From a bacterium (GTDB lineage Bacteria; UBA10199; 2-02-FULL-50-16; JAJFLM01), in assembly GCA_965216315.1 (NCBI GenBank), contig CBDCFN010000016.1, positions 840,733 to 904,732 on the forward strand: DNA of 64,000 bases. Reading direction: 5' to 3'. Positions 11,551 through 20,713 of the stretch are shown here, piece after piece. The notes under the pieces are model-generated. The model searched no databases, was not told the DNA's origin, and saw nothing but the letters and a program-made list of their open reading frames with translations. Made by a program: the position numbers and the translations under genes. Numbering within the stretch: the stretch's first letter is position 1; each line of letters starts with the position of its first letter.

Positions 11551-12183
11551 GTGATTCTAACCAGTGGACTATCGCTTTGCGCACTGCCGGCCGCTATCTG
11601 TGCGGCGGCGCCCCCGCAAAATACGACCGTCAATGAGTCAATGAGTGTCGATGATGTACTGAGTGCAACGCAGGCCATTGATGCGGGGGCACCTATTGTT
11701 AGCCGGTCTGTGCGACACTACTATCGATTGCCGGCAGCGATTGATGAAAGCACCGGAATACTCGCCAATGCAATCACGGCCCTGAAAGCCACGCCATCTA
11801 ATGGGGAAGCTATATTGCGCTTTAGCGTTGGATCGGAGACTCTTGAGACTATCGCGGCCCACTTAAGAGATGTCTTTAGTATTCGCGCGGGAGAGATCGC
11901 GACTCCTTTAAAGGCAATGAGTGCCGGTCTCAACAGGTTATACCTGGATGTCATTAATGACTGGGCGGCTGCAAATAAGGATTATCCTGCGGTGTCACGG
12001 TTTCAGGCTCTCGCTCGACAGGTCGGTGATGAATGGGTATTTCATCTGAAGAATCACGAATTACCATCGGAGCCAAAGACGCTCGTCTTGCAGGCCTGGG
12101 GAGCCTATGACAATCAAAAACTGCTCAATGAGATTAGAATCCAGATTGGTGCTGTATCTCAAGACGCAGCGAGCCTCAATTAA
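11551..12183 (+). CDS. Orphan hypothetical protein
   Basis: ~210-aa ORF with AGGAGG (11540-11545) ahead of GTG 11551. Confidence 0.75.
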   Translation: MILTSGLSLCALPAAICAAAPPQNTTVNESMSVDDVLSATQAIDAGAPIVSRSVRHYYRLPAAIDESTGILANAITALKATPSNGEAILRFSVGSETLETIAAHLRDVFSIRAGEIATPLKAMSAGLNRLYLDVINDWAAANKDYPAVSRFQALARQVGDEWVFHLKNHELPSEPKTLVLQAWGAYDNQKLLNEIRIQIGAVSQDAASLN

Positions 12184-13369
12184 AGCGAATTTTTCTAAAC
12201 TTACGCTTGCCAACCTGACAAAGATAGGCGCCGGGAACCTTTAGTTGGGTTTTGACATCACTTACTTTCTTCTCATCAATACGAACACCGCCTTGTTCAA
12301 TCATTCGCCTTGATTCCGACTTGGATGCCGTCATGCCGGCCTCAGTGATGGCCTGAATGAGTGGATAGTTCGACTTCCCCGTCTCGATTGCAAATTCCTC
12401 GATTTCAGAAGGCAGCTGTTTGGCTGCAAAAATCTTTTCAAACTCCTGAACCGCGGCTTTGGCTGCAGCCTCATCGTGAAACCGCGCGGTTAATTCTTGG
12501 GCGAGTTGAGATTTGGCCGCTTTAGGGTGAAGGGTGCCGGCCGCGACGTCCTTTTTGAGCTGCTGTATTGCTTCGCCCGAGCGATCGGTGAGGAGCTCGA
12601 AGTAATTCCACATTAATTCATCGCTGATCGACATGACCTTGCCGTAGATTTCTCCCGGGGCCTCCTGGATACCGATGGCATTCCCATAAGACTTACTCAT
12701 CTTTTGAGCGCCGTCCGTTCCTACTAAGAGGGGGAGGGTCATAATGCATTGCGGTTCTTGATCGTAACGCTTCTGGATCGTGCGACCGGTAAGTAAATTG
12801 AAGAGTTGATCCGTGCCTCCCAATTCAATATCAGCTTTTAATACGACCGAATCGTAGGCCTGAATCAGCGGATAATAAAATTCCATGATGCTGATATCTT
12901 GTCCCTGGTCCATCCGCTTTTTGAAGTCATCGCGTTCCATCATTCGAGCGACCGTATGTTTAGAGCCTAAGGTGGCAAATTCAATGATAGACATCTTATC
13001 AAGCCATTCGGAGTTGTAACGAATTTCGGCCTTGTCGATGTCAACAACTTTGCCAGCCTGTTTGATATAGGTTTCGGCGTGCGCGCTAATTTCTGCTTCG
13101 GAGAGCATGGGGCGCGTTTCGCTTCGTCCGGTAGGGTCGCCGATCCGTGCGGTGAAGTCACCGACTAGAAATATGACTTGATGTCCCAATTGTTGAAGTT
13201 GGCGCAGTTTTTGTAAAAGGACGACATGCCCCAAGTGGAGGTCGGGTGCGGTGGGGTCGAAACCCGCCTTAATGCGTAGCGGCTTGTTGCGGTTCAGCTT
13301 TTTTTGAAGCTCGTCCTCAGAGATGATCTCTACGGTTCCGCGACGAATTATAGTTAGTGGTTCGGTCAT
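12176..13369 (-). CDS. tyrS: Tyrosine--tRNA ligase
   Basis: GFDPTAPDLHLGH, KMSKS, C-terminal S4 domain. Confidence 0.98.
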   Translation of the reverse strand: MTEPLTIIRRGTVEIISEDELQKKLNRNKPLRIKAGFDPTAPDLHLGHVVLLQKLRQLQQLGHQVIFLVGDFTARIGDPTGRSETRPMLSEAEISAHAETYIKQAGKVVDIDKAEIRYNSEWLDKMSIIEFATLGSKHTVARMMERDDFKKRMDQGQDISIMEFYYPLIQAYDSVVLKADIELGGTDQLFNLLTGRTIQKRYDQEPQCIMTLPLLVGTDGAQKMSKSYGNAIGIQEAPGEIYGKVMSISDELMWNYFELLTDRSGEAIQQLKKDVAAGTLHPKAAKSQLAQELTARFHDEAAAKAAVQEFEKIFAAKQLPSEIEEFAIETGKSNYPLIQAITEAGMTASKSESRRMIEQGGVRIDEKKVSDVKTQLKVPGAYLCQVGKRKFRKIRFN

Positions 13370-14148
13370 CAAATTGAAATATCGATACGTTCGATAGCCG
13401 TCGCCTGGCGAGTCATTTCATTGGCCTCGATAAGCACGGAGCAAAAACGCACATCGCCTGTGGCGACGATAAATTTTTCACGAAGATGACCGAAAAGGCG
13501 TTTGAGCGCAACATTTTTGTCCAGCCCAATGACCGACTCATAAGGCCCTGTCATGCCGATATCGCCAATGTAGGCGGTTCCACCGGGTAGGACTTGCGCA
13601 TCGGCGGTCGGAATGTGGGTGTGGGTTCCGACGACGCCGGTCACGCGCCCGTCACAGTGCCAGCCCATTCCTCGTTTCTCGGAGCTTGCTTCCGCGTGCA
13701 TATCGACGAGGATAATCTCGGCCTTGCCCTGCATTTTTTTAATTTCGCGGTCAACGGCACGAAAAGGGCAGTCCGTGCGGCCCATAAAGAGTTGCCCTTC
13801 GACGTTAATGATGCCGACCGGAACATCATTGCGCGCCGTGACGACGACGCTGCCCGCGCCGGGCTGTTCGGGCGGGTAGTTAGCAGGGCGGATCAGCTTT
13901 GGGTTTTCCGAGATATAGGACAGGATTGAACGCTGATCCCAGATATGATTTCCCGTCGTAATGACATCAACGCCATTTTTGAATAGTTCGTCACACATCT
14001 TAGGGGTAATGCCGCGCCCTCCGGCTGCGTTTTCACCATTGGCGACGACAAAATCAATATTTTGGTCTTGTATCAGTTGGGGGAGTACGCTTTTGACCGC
14101 ATTGCGGCCGGGTTCTCCAAAAATATCTCCGATTAATAGTAGTTTCAT
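13369..14148 (-). CDS. ymdB: YmdB-like metallophosphoesterase (TIGR00282)
   Basis: GDIFG, NGENAAGG, TTGNH, DMHAEASSEK, GTHTH. Confidence 0.93.
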   Translation of the reverse strand: MKLLLIGDIFGEPGRNAVKSVLPQLIQDQNIDFVVANGENAAGGRGITPKMCDELFKNGVDVITTGNHIWDQRSILSYISENPKLIRPANYPPEQPGAGSVVVTARNDVPVGIINVEGQLFMGRTDCPFRAVDREIKKMQGKAEIILVDMHAEASSEKRGMGWHCDGRVTGVVGTHTHIPTADAQVLPGGTAYIGDIGMTGPYESVIGLDKNVALKRLFGHLREKFIVATGDVRFCSVLIEANEMTRQATAIERIDISI

Positions 14149-14711
14149 AGGGTCTCAATGTGGCGTTTTTCGGTTATCACTTGGGCGCAGGGGACGTCAT
14201 GTGGTTCGATCGGCAACTGGTCGACAATTTGAAAGTCATACGCAAGGCCGCAACTTCGGTGAGTCACACCTGCTAATACGCGATCGTAGCCCCCATATCC
14301 ATAGCCGAGGCGATACCCTTGCTTGTCAAAGGAGACTCCTGGAATCAGGATGAAGTCGAGTTCCTGAACCGAAATCTCCGTGTCAGGATCAGGTTGCGGT
14401 TCACGTGTTCCCCAATTCTTTTTTTCTAATTGGGTGATATCGGTTGCTTTAAAAAAGCGAATGGCCAATTGATCCGGATCCCAATGCGGAAAAAAGACTT
14501 CCTTGCCTGACTTCATGGACAGTCGAATGATTTTGTTGGTTCGAACTTCGTTGCGGATGCCATCATAGACGGCAATTTTGCTGCTGTTCTTGAATTGATT
14601 CGATTCCAGCACGGCTTCTTGAATAAAATGGCTTAGGTTTCGAACCGTAGCGGCGTCAAGAGAAGTACGTTTTTTCAGGATCTGCTGTCGAATAGAGTCT
14701 TTATCTGCCAT
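14145..14711 (-). CDS. ygfA: 5-formyltetrahydrofolate cyclo-ligase
   Basis: IPGVSFDKQGYRLGYGYGGYDR, EPHD motifs; lies downstream of 6S RNA. Confidence 0.92.
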   Translation of the reverse strand: MADKDSIRQQILKKRTSLDAATVRNLSHFIQEAVLESNQFKNSSKIAVYDGIRNEVRTNKIIRLSMKSGKEVFFPHWDPDQLAIRFFKATDITQLEKKNWGTREPQPDPDTEISVQELDFILIPGVSFDKQGYRLGYGYGGYDRVLAGVTHRSCGLAYDFQIVDQLPIEPHDVPCAQVITEKRHIETL

Positions 14712-14721
14712 GCCTAAAAAT

Positions 14722-14915
14722 GCGTAATCCCCTGCCAATATGCCGTGTGGGAGGCGTCTTTAGAACCCCGTTTATCTAGGTGGAAATTTCATTACTGCTT
14801 TAGGCGTCCCGGAACGAAGTGCCGGGCAGGCACACCACAGTAAGCGGAAACTCCCGGGGTCTATGATAGGTCCTTAAAGCTAGCCACCAACTCACGAACA
14901 CGGAAGGGGATCCGC
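14722..14915 (-). ncRNA. ssrS: 6S RNA
   Basis: ~190 nt between zapA and ygfA (canonical synteny); complementary ends (GCGGATCCCCT.../...AGGGGATTACGC) and an internal hairpin. Confidence 0.85.
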
Positions 14916-14980
14916 GAAAGTCATACTAAATATTAAAAGATCTATAGTTGATAAAACGACCACAGGGCCCAAATGTCAAC

Positions 14981-15259
14981 CTAAAGCTGTAAGTCTACGA
15001 TCTCCAAAAGGTCTTGAAGTTTCTTTTCGGCAAGCAGCTTTTTGTCCTCATTTTTGTTCTGTTGGCTGATCAATTCATCGGCAATATTCATGCAGGCCAA
15101 AAGGGCGACGTTGAGGGAGGAGGCTGATTTCGCTTGGGTTTGAATTTCTCGGATCTTTTTGTTTACCAGGCTAGCGACCTGATTCACGTGCTTTTCCGTC
15201 GCATCGGTTTCGATGGAAAAGGTCTGATTCATTATCGATACTTGGAGTGCACTCTTCAT
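14981..15259 (-). CDS. zapA: Cell division protein ZapA
   Basis: VALLACMNIADEL motif, 92 aa, upstream of 6S RNA. Confidence 0.9.
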   Translation of the reverse strand: MKSALQVSIMNQTFSIETDATEKHVNQVASLVNKKIREIQTQAKSASSLNVALLACMNIADELISQQNKNEDKKLLAEKKLQDLLEIVDLQL

Positions 15260-15359
15260 GTGATGTGGAAGCTATCAAAGGTCATTTAGGCGAAAATGGC
15301 AAGTCGATTAAGCAGGGCCTGAAGAGAGGTAGGGTAAGTCCCTGTCTTAAAAAGATATT

Positions 15360-17129
15360 TCAGCTATCATCGGGGGGAGGTGCCATCTCAAGGTCAATCC
15401 AGCGCTTCTCCAAATCGACGCTGGCAATACGCACGTCGAGGGTATCCCCAATGCGGTAGTGCTTTTTCCGTCGCTTGCCGATCAGCGTGTGGGTTTCCTC
15501 GATAAAATGGTAATAATCATCATCCAGCTTGCGGATATGAAGCAGGCCCTCCACGAAAAAAGGAACGAGTTCTACGTAAAGGCCGAAGCGGGTGACTCCC
15601 GAAACGACGCCCGGGCAGCAGGTACCGATTCGGTCCGTCATGAAGGCGGCCTGCATCAGGCTGCGGACGGCCCATTCGGCCTGCATGGCAATGCGTTCTC
15701 GCAAGGAGCATTGCTCAGCCATTTGATCGAGCCGTCTCAGGTTGGTTTTGCCGTCTTTTTTCTGCTCAAGCAGGGCCCCGAGCGTCCGATGCACCATGAG
15801 ATCGGGATAACGCCGGATGGGCGACGTGAAGTGGGTGTAGCAGGTTGAGGCGAGGCCAAAGTGCCCCCTGTTCTCAATGCTGTAGATAGCCTTGGCGAGC
15901 GAACGCAGTAACAACGTGTTGATCATGCGGCTCTCGGGGCGGTCAGCCGCCTTTGCAATGATTTGCGCCAATGCTTTCGGTTCCAGCCGCTTTTTAGGGA
16001 TTTTGAGGGCATAGCCAATATTGTGCAGCGTTGCTTGCAGCTCTTTGATGTTGTCGCGGCTGGGCTCTTCGTGGATACGGTAGATCATGGCGGATTCTTG
16101 TTCGGTAATGAAAGTAGCGACGGCTTCATTGGCCGCGATCATGAATTCCTCGATCATCATATGGGCTTCGGTTCGCTTGGACTTGACGATAGAATCAATG
16201 GTGCCTTCTTCAAGATTCATAATGATAACGGGTTCCGGCAGGTCAAAATCCAGGCTGCCTCGATCGAGGCGGCATTTGCGGAGCCGCTTGAACAGCGTAT
16301 GCATAAGTTCCAGGTGAGGCAGTATGTGTCGAAGCTTGTGTCGTGTCGCTTCGTCTTTGTCTACCAGCGCACTTGCAACTTCGGTGTAAGTGAGTCGATG
16401 GTGATTGCGGATAATGCTCCGATAAAAATCTGTGTGAAGGATCTTTCCGGTGCGATCAAAGTCTATTTCGGCCGTAAAAGTCAGTCTATCTTTGTGCGGC
16501 ACGAGAGAACAAATATCGTTTGATAATTTTTCCGGTAACATCGGGAGGACGCGCTCAGGAAAATAAACGCTTGTGCCGCGTCCATAGGCCTCTTTGTCAA
16601 TGCGGCTTCCGGGGGCGACATAGTAGCTTACATCCGCGATGGAGACGCGGAGACGGATGCGATTCTGACCGATATCCTCGACAGCAATGGCATCATCAAA
16701 ATCTTTGGCCGTTTCCCCATCTATGGTTACGGTGATTTGACTGCGTAAATCCGTACGTCGTTGGATTTCTTCTTTGTCAATGGAATCGGATATTTCGGCG
16801 GCTTCGGCCAACACGGCTTCAGGGAATTTTTTTGGCAGCTGAAACTCTTCTATGATTGAATCCATGTGCTCTGCGAGAACTTCTGCGATATCGTCAGTCT
16901 TTTGTTCGATCTGATCGGTTTGTTCTCTTTTCTCAGTAGGGTAAGCGAAGCGTTTGCCTCGATGGGTTGCGATCAAAGTCCCTTGTTTGACAAGTGTCTT
17001 AAGATGGAGGCGTAGTTTTCTTTTTTCCGGGAGTGGAACTTTCAGAAAGCGCGCCAGTTCTGATACGGTAAAAAAGGTGTCGGGATGTGCTTGAAGCCAT
17101 GAAAGGGCACGGTCATGCTGTGAAGCCAT
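15360..17129 (-). CDS. rnr: RNase R/RNase II family exoribonuclease (short form)
   Basis: TIDGETAKDFDDA, IEEFMIAANE, YTHFTSPIRRYPDL, C-terminal S1 domain, N-terminal HTH-like segment. Confidence 0.88.
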   Translation of the reverse strand: MASQHDRALSWLQAHPDTFFTVSELARFLKVPLPEKRKLRLHLKTLVKQGTLIATHRGKRFAYPTEKREQTDQIEQKTDDIAEVLAEHMDSIIEEFQLPKKFPEAVLAEAAEISDSIDKEEIQRRTDLRSQITVTIDGETAKDFDDAIAVEDIGQNRIRLRVSIADVSYYVAPGSRIDKEAYGRGTSVYFPERVLPMLPEKLSNDICSLVPHKDRLTFTAEIDFDRTGKILHTDFYRSIIRNHHRLTYTEVASALVDKDEATRHKLRHILPHLELMHTLFKRLRKCRLDRGSLDFDLPEPVIIMNLEEGTIDSIVKSKRTEAHMMIEEFMIAANEAVATFITEQESAMIYRIHEEPSRDNIKELQATLHNIGYALKIPKKRLEPKALAQIIAKAADRPESRMINTLLLRSLAKAIYSIENRGHFGLASTCYTHFTSPIRRYPDLMVHRTLGALLEQKKDGKTNLRRLDQMAEQCSLRERIAMQAEWAVRSLMQAAFMTDRIGTCCPGVVSGVTRFGLYVELVPFFVEGLLHIRKLDDDYYHFIEETHTLIGKRRKKHYRIGDTLDVRIASVDLEKRWIDLEMAPPPDDS

Positions 17130-17139
17130 AATAGTTGCC

Positions 17140-18600
17140 TTACCAATGCAAAAGACGACGCCACTGGCTTCGTGACGTGGTCATTACAAAATAGAGGATT
17201 AAACTAGGTATTCCCGCGCTGAAAATCACCAGCACAGGACTAAGATCGCGCATGATGTTTTTCAGTAAGTAAATAGCGATTCCGCTGGCAATACCAGCAA
17301 AGATAATTTGAACTGTATGGGCTGTCATGAAGTCTTTACTGTGGAGGCGGAATGTTTGAATGATTGAAATAATCATGATCAATGAATATCCACTGCTGAT
17401 GCTCACGGCAGCACCAAAGACGCCGTAAGCAGGAACAACAATGATTCCAGTGATTGTGACGGCTGCTAAGATGAGCAGCTCAGCCAATAGGAAAAACCGT
17501 GATCGTTGAGTTGTGACGAGAAAGAACATCAGGACAGAAAACGTCGAATACATGAATTGCCCGATCAAAAGAGCCAGGAAAGTATTATAGGACAGCAGTG
17601 AAGCATCCTTGCCGATCATCAGCATAATTTCAGGGCCGAAGGCGCCGAGAAAGAGGGCGAAGGCGATGTTGAGGAGCAATAGCTTTTCCATGGCAAAGCG
17701 CATTTGGCCCCACATTTCGCCTTTATCGTTGCGCAAGTAGGACTCCGAGGTGACTGGCACAAAGATGGGGCCGAAGGCATTTTTAGTCTGCGTGATGACG
17801 CGAGCAATTTGTTTGGCAAAGCCGTAAACGCCGACGACTTTCATCTGAGTTGGAGTTCCTGTTCCCAGGAAGAAAGTAACCAGAAAAATATCAATTCGGT
17901 AGAGCGTCGCATCTACAACTTCGATGATGTACATCGGTAGTGCATAACGAATGATCGCAAAGTAACGTCCCGGGCGGCGCCAGGTACGGAAAACTTCACG
18001 CCAGGAGAAAAACTTGCGAAATGTGAAGGCGCTCAGGATTACGACAATGAGCAGAGCCACGCCTTGGGCGAGGATGACTCCATAGGGCTTAAGCGGCGTT
18101 TTCCAGAATACAAAGAGCAATAGCAGCATCGCCGTCGGTTCAATGGCACTTCGGATGATGGCGTGGTATTTCATCTCCTTGAGGCCCATGGTGGCCTGGA
18201 TCAGCAGGACGCCAACATTATATAGGGGGATGATAGGTGCCAGGATGTACAAGCTGTTTCGAATCAGTGGCGTGTCGACAAAAATATAAGTGTAGAGGAT
18301 GAGAGCGACGGCTCCTAGAGTTGAGACGGTGAGGCAGGCCTTTAAGCTGGAGGCGATCTTTTGATAGAGCTTTCGTGTTTCACCCGTATTTTTAAAATGA
18401 GCGAGCTCAAAGAGCATGCCGTGTTCGAGGCCGAGCATGCCATAGCGGTTTAGAAGTTCGGCAGAGGCCCAGGCGACCGTATAAACTCCGAATAATTCAG
18501 TCCCATAAAGTAGTGCGGCGACAACGAAGAAACCGGTGCGGCTAAAACGGAAGACGTTACCAATGATATTAATTTTAATACCGCGAATCAGTTCCTGCAT
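17140..18600 (-). CDS. Polysaccharide/oligosaccharide flippase (MOP superfamily)
   Basis: 486 aa, many hydrophobic segments, FGVY...GMLGL and VGVYGFA patterns typical of Wzx-like flippases. Confidence 0.7.
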   Translation of the reverse strand: MQELIRGIKINIIGNVFRFSRTGFFVVAALLYGTELFGVYTVAWASAELLNRYGMLGLEHGMLFELAHFKNTGETRKLYQKIASSLKACLTVSTLGAVALILYTYIFVDTPLIRNSLYILAPIIPLYNVGVLLIQATMGLKEMKYHAIIRSAIEPTAMLLLLFVFWKTPLKPYGVILAQGVALLIVVILSAFTFRKFFSWREVFRTWRRPGRYFAIIRYALPMYIIEVVDATLYRIDIFLVTFFLGTGTPTQMKVVGVYGFAKQIARVITQTKNAFGPIFVPVTSESYLRNDKGEMWGQMRFAMEKLLLLNIAFALFLGAFGPEIMLMIGKDASLLSYNTFLALLIGQFMYSTFSVLMFFLVTTQRSRFFLLAELLILAAVTITGIIVVPAYGVFGAAVSISSGYSLIMIISIIQTFRLHSKDFMTAHTVQIIFAGIASGIAIYLLKNIMRDLSPVLVIFSAGIPSLILYFVMTTSRSQWRRLLHW

Positions 18601-18613
18601 GTGGGGTCAGTTC

Positions 18614-20551
18614 TTAGGCCTTAGGAGGGGTGACGTCAAGGATGGGCAGATAGACCTCAAAAATTGTCTTGCCCGGTCGACTATCGACACGAACAAAGCC
18701 ACCTCGTTGGCTGACCAAATGGCGCAAATTGGTTAGGCCGAGGCCTAAGTGGCCGGTCGCCGCTGTAAACGAGTAGCGTGGCTTGGTGGTATAAAAAGGG
18801 TCGAAAAGGAGATGCCATTGGTCGCGGGGTATTCCGGGGCCGCTATCTTGGACGACAAACTTAACATATTCGCCGGGCTGAGCCGCTGAAAAGCTCAAGT
18901 TTACTTCCAGCGAAGCGAGCGAATCCGTTGTAATCGTCCGCCGTGAGGTCCGGACCCAGATGCGGCCGCGATCACCTTCTGGGATGGCTTCGTAGGCATT
19001 TTCCAGCATGATGAAGTAAAGCTGCTGAATTTCCTCGACAGGTCCCCTGATTGGAATGGGATTGTCATCCAGCTCAAAGGTAAGATCTGCGGCGTATCGG
19101 ATGCGCTGGGGAACGGCCTCCGGGGTAAGGAGGTCATGTAGATTAAGGGGCGTGCCATCGGTCGATCCGTCTGTCAGGCCCGGGAGCCTGTTGAAGACTG
19201 TCTGAATTTGTTCAAGTTCATGTTTGAGCTCTTCGAGGGTAGTGATTTCAAGTTGTGGCGTGCGCCTCTCCCCTTGACGTCCCAAGGTGTTTATCTTGTG
19301 TTGTAAATCCTCAATGATTTCTAGTAGTGCCCGGCTGACTTGATGCTCGTGGTCGCGAATGACACTTAAGAAGGATTGGGCGCGATGAACTTGTAATAAC
19401 TGTTTCTCAGTTTGAACGCGTATGCCCGCATTTGTATAAACGACCATGGCGTATTGTTTGTCTCCGGCCAAGCTGGGATGAGCCTGAATATCAACTTGGA
19501 CAGTGCTACCATCTTTGCATATCATTTCTGCACCTCTCCAGTGAAACATGCCGGTGTTAACGAACGCGTCGATATGCTCCTTTAATTTAGGGCGAGTGGC
19601 TTCAGGGAAAAATGTTTCAAGAGGACTCTGAATCATCTCGTCATGCGTGTACCCTAAGAGGCGCTCAAGTGATTGGCTGCTCAGGATGGCGCGAGGGATC
19701 AGTTCGTAATCGGCTGTTTCATCAAGCACGAAGATAGATAGCGGTTGGAAGGAATTCTTGAGTAGCTCTTGGTAGCGTTGAATTTCTGCAAGGGCGCGTT
19801 GTCTTTCCGTTTGATCAAATAGGACATAATAGCCGATGCGTCGCCCTTCACGTCCGAATGGAAGGGTGGCGACGTGGATGTCGGCCCATAAATAGCTGCC
19901 GTCTTCTTTAAGGAGACGGACATTTTCAATGAAGCCGACGCCGTTCGCAACAACTCCCATGATGAATTCACCAAAACGGGCAAGGTCTGTCGGATGCACG
20001 TTCTTGGAGATGGTTTCCATCGACGTCAGATAGCCGGCTTCAAAGCCGGATGTACTGTCGTTGGCCGGATTCGTTTCGATTAAGCGAACCATGTCATCGG
20101 GTGTTGCGGCCGCTGGGTTTAATTCAAATACACCCATGGGATGAGGAAAAGGCTTGATGACATCTGACAGTAAAGAGACGATTTTTTCATATTCGGGATC
20201 TGCTGTGCTTTGTTGCGTTGCGTTTCCCCAGCGCCGTTGAAGCAAGCTGTAAAGACGTTTTGTTTCGTCATCGGCTTGTTCGATGCGGGGTGCTAAGCCG
20301 TTGACGACCTGACGCAGAGCCGTCTCAAAACTTACGGTATCATTGTAGGTATCGACGCCGGCATGATTTTCAACAAGAACATGAATGGGTTGGACGATCG
20401 GTGCGAGCACCGCGTCTTGATTCGCGAGTTGAATCGGGTGAGCGAGTCCCCGCAGGAGAACCCCCGCTGAGGTACCGAGAGTCAAACTCGCATCTGTTAC
20501 CACGAGTTGTTGGATGACTCCATTGATGATTGGAATATTTGGTACGACCAC
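18614..20551 (-). CDS. PAS-PAS-HATPase sensor-kinase-like protein with degenerate H-box and orphan N-terminus
   Basis: PAS/PAC motifs (KEDGSYLW, LLGYTHDEM, CKDGSTVQV); ENAYEA, DSGPGI, FDPFYTTK, GLGL boxes; start reassigned to GTG 20551 (AAGGGG RBS, promoter motif upstream). Confidence 0.8.
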   Translation of the reverse strand: MVVPNIPIINGVIQQLVVTDASLTLGTSAGVLLRGLAHPIQLANQDAVLAPIVQPIHVLVENHAGVDTYNDTVSFETALRQVVNGLAPRIEQADDETKRLYSLLQRRWGNATQQSTADPEYEKIVSLLSDVIKPFPHPMGVFELNPAAATPDDMVRLIETNPANDSTSGFEAGYLTSMETISKNVHPTDLARFGEFIMGVVANGVGFIENVRLLKEDGSYLWADIHVATLPFGREGRRIGYYVLFDQTERQRALAEIQRYQELLKNSFQPLSIFVLDETADYELIPRAILSSQSLERLLGYTHDEMIQSPLETFFPEATRPKLKEHIDAFVNTGMFHWRGAEMICKDGSTVQVDIQAHPSLAGDKQYAMVVYTNAGIRVQTEKQLLQVHRAQSFLSVIRDHEHQVSRALLEIIEDLQHKINTLGRQGERRTPQLEITTLEELKHELEQIQTVFNRLPGLTDGSTDGTPLNLHDLLTPEAVPQRIRYAADLTFELDDNPIPIRGPVEEIQQLYFIMLENAYEAIPEGDRGRIWVRTSRRTITTDSLASLEVNLSFSAAQPGEYVKFVVQDSGPGIPRDQWHLLFDPFYTTKPRYSFTAATGHLGLGLTNLRHLVSQRGGFVRVDSRPGKTIFEVYLPILDVTPPKA

Positions 20552-20573
20552 ACCCGACCCCTTGCGAGAGGGG

Positions 20574-20598
20574 CATCGGATAGTTGCCAAAAAGGTTG
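20574..20598 (-). promoter_or_regulatory. Putative sigma-28-like promoter CAAC-N15-CCGATG
   Basis: Reverse strand reads CAAC-ctttttggcaactat-CCGATG, just upstream of GTG 20551. Confidence 0.65.
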
Positions 20599-20713
20599 TG
20601 GGTTTTATGCCAACGAGGGCTTGTTCCATAACTAATTGATCTAAAATGTGTTTTTGGCCATGTCGGGGTGATCGTTCTTGCCATCAGCTCGATGCTGTGC
20701 TTGGATGCGGCTC

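Noticed and set aside
20552-20629. ATG 20629 as the kinase start
   Set aside because: No RBS; the promoter motif lies inside this stretch, and GTG 20551 has an RBS and puts the shared N-terminal module in register
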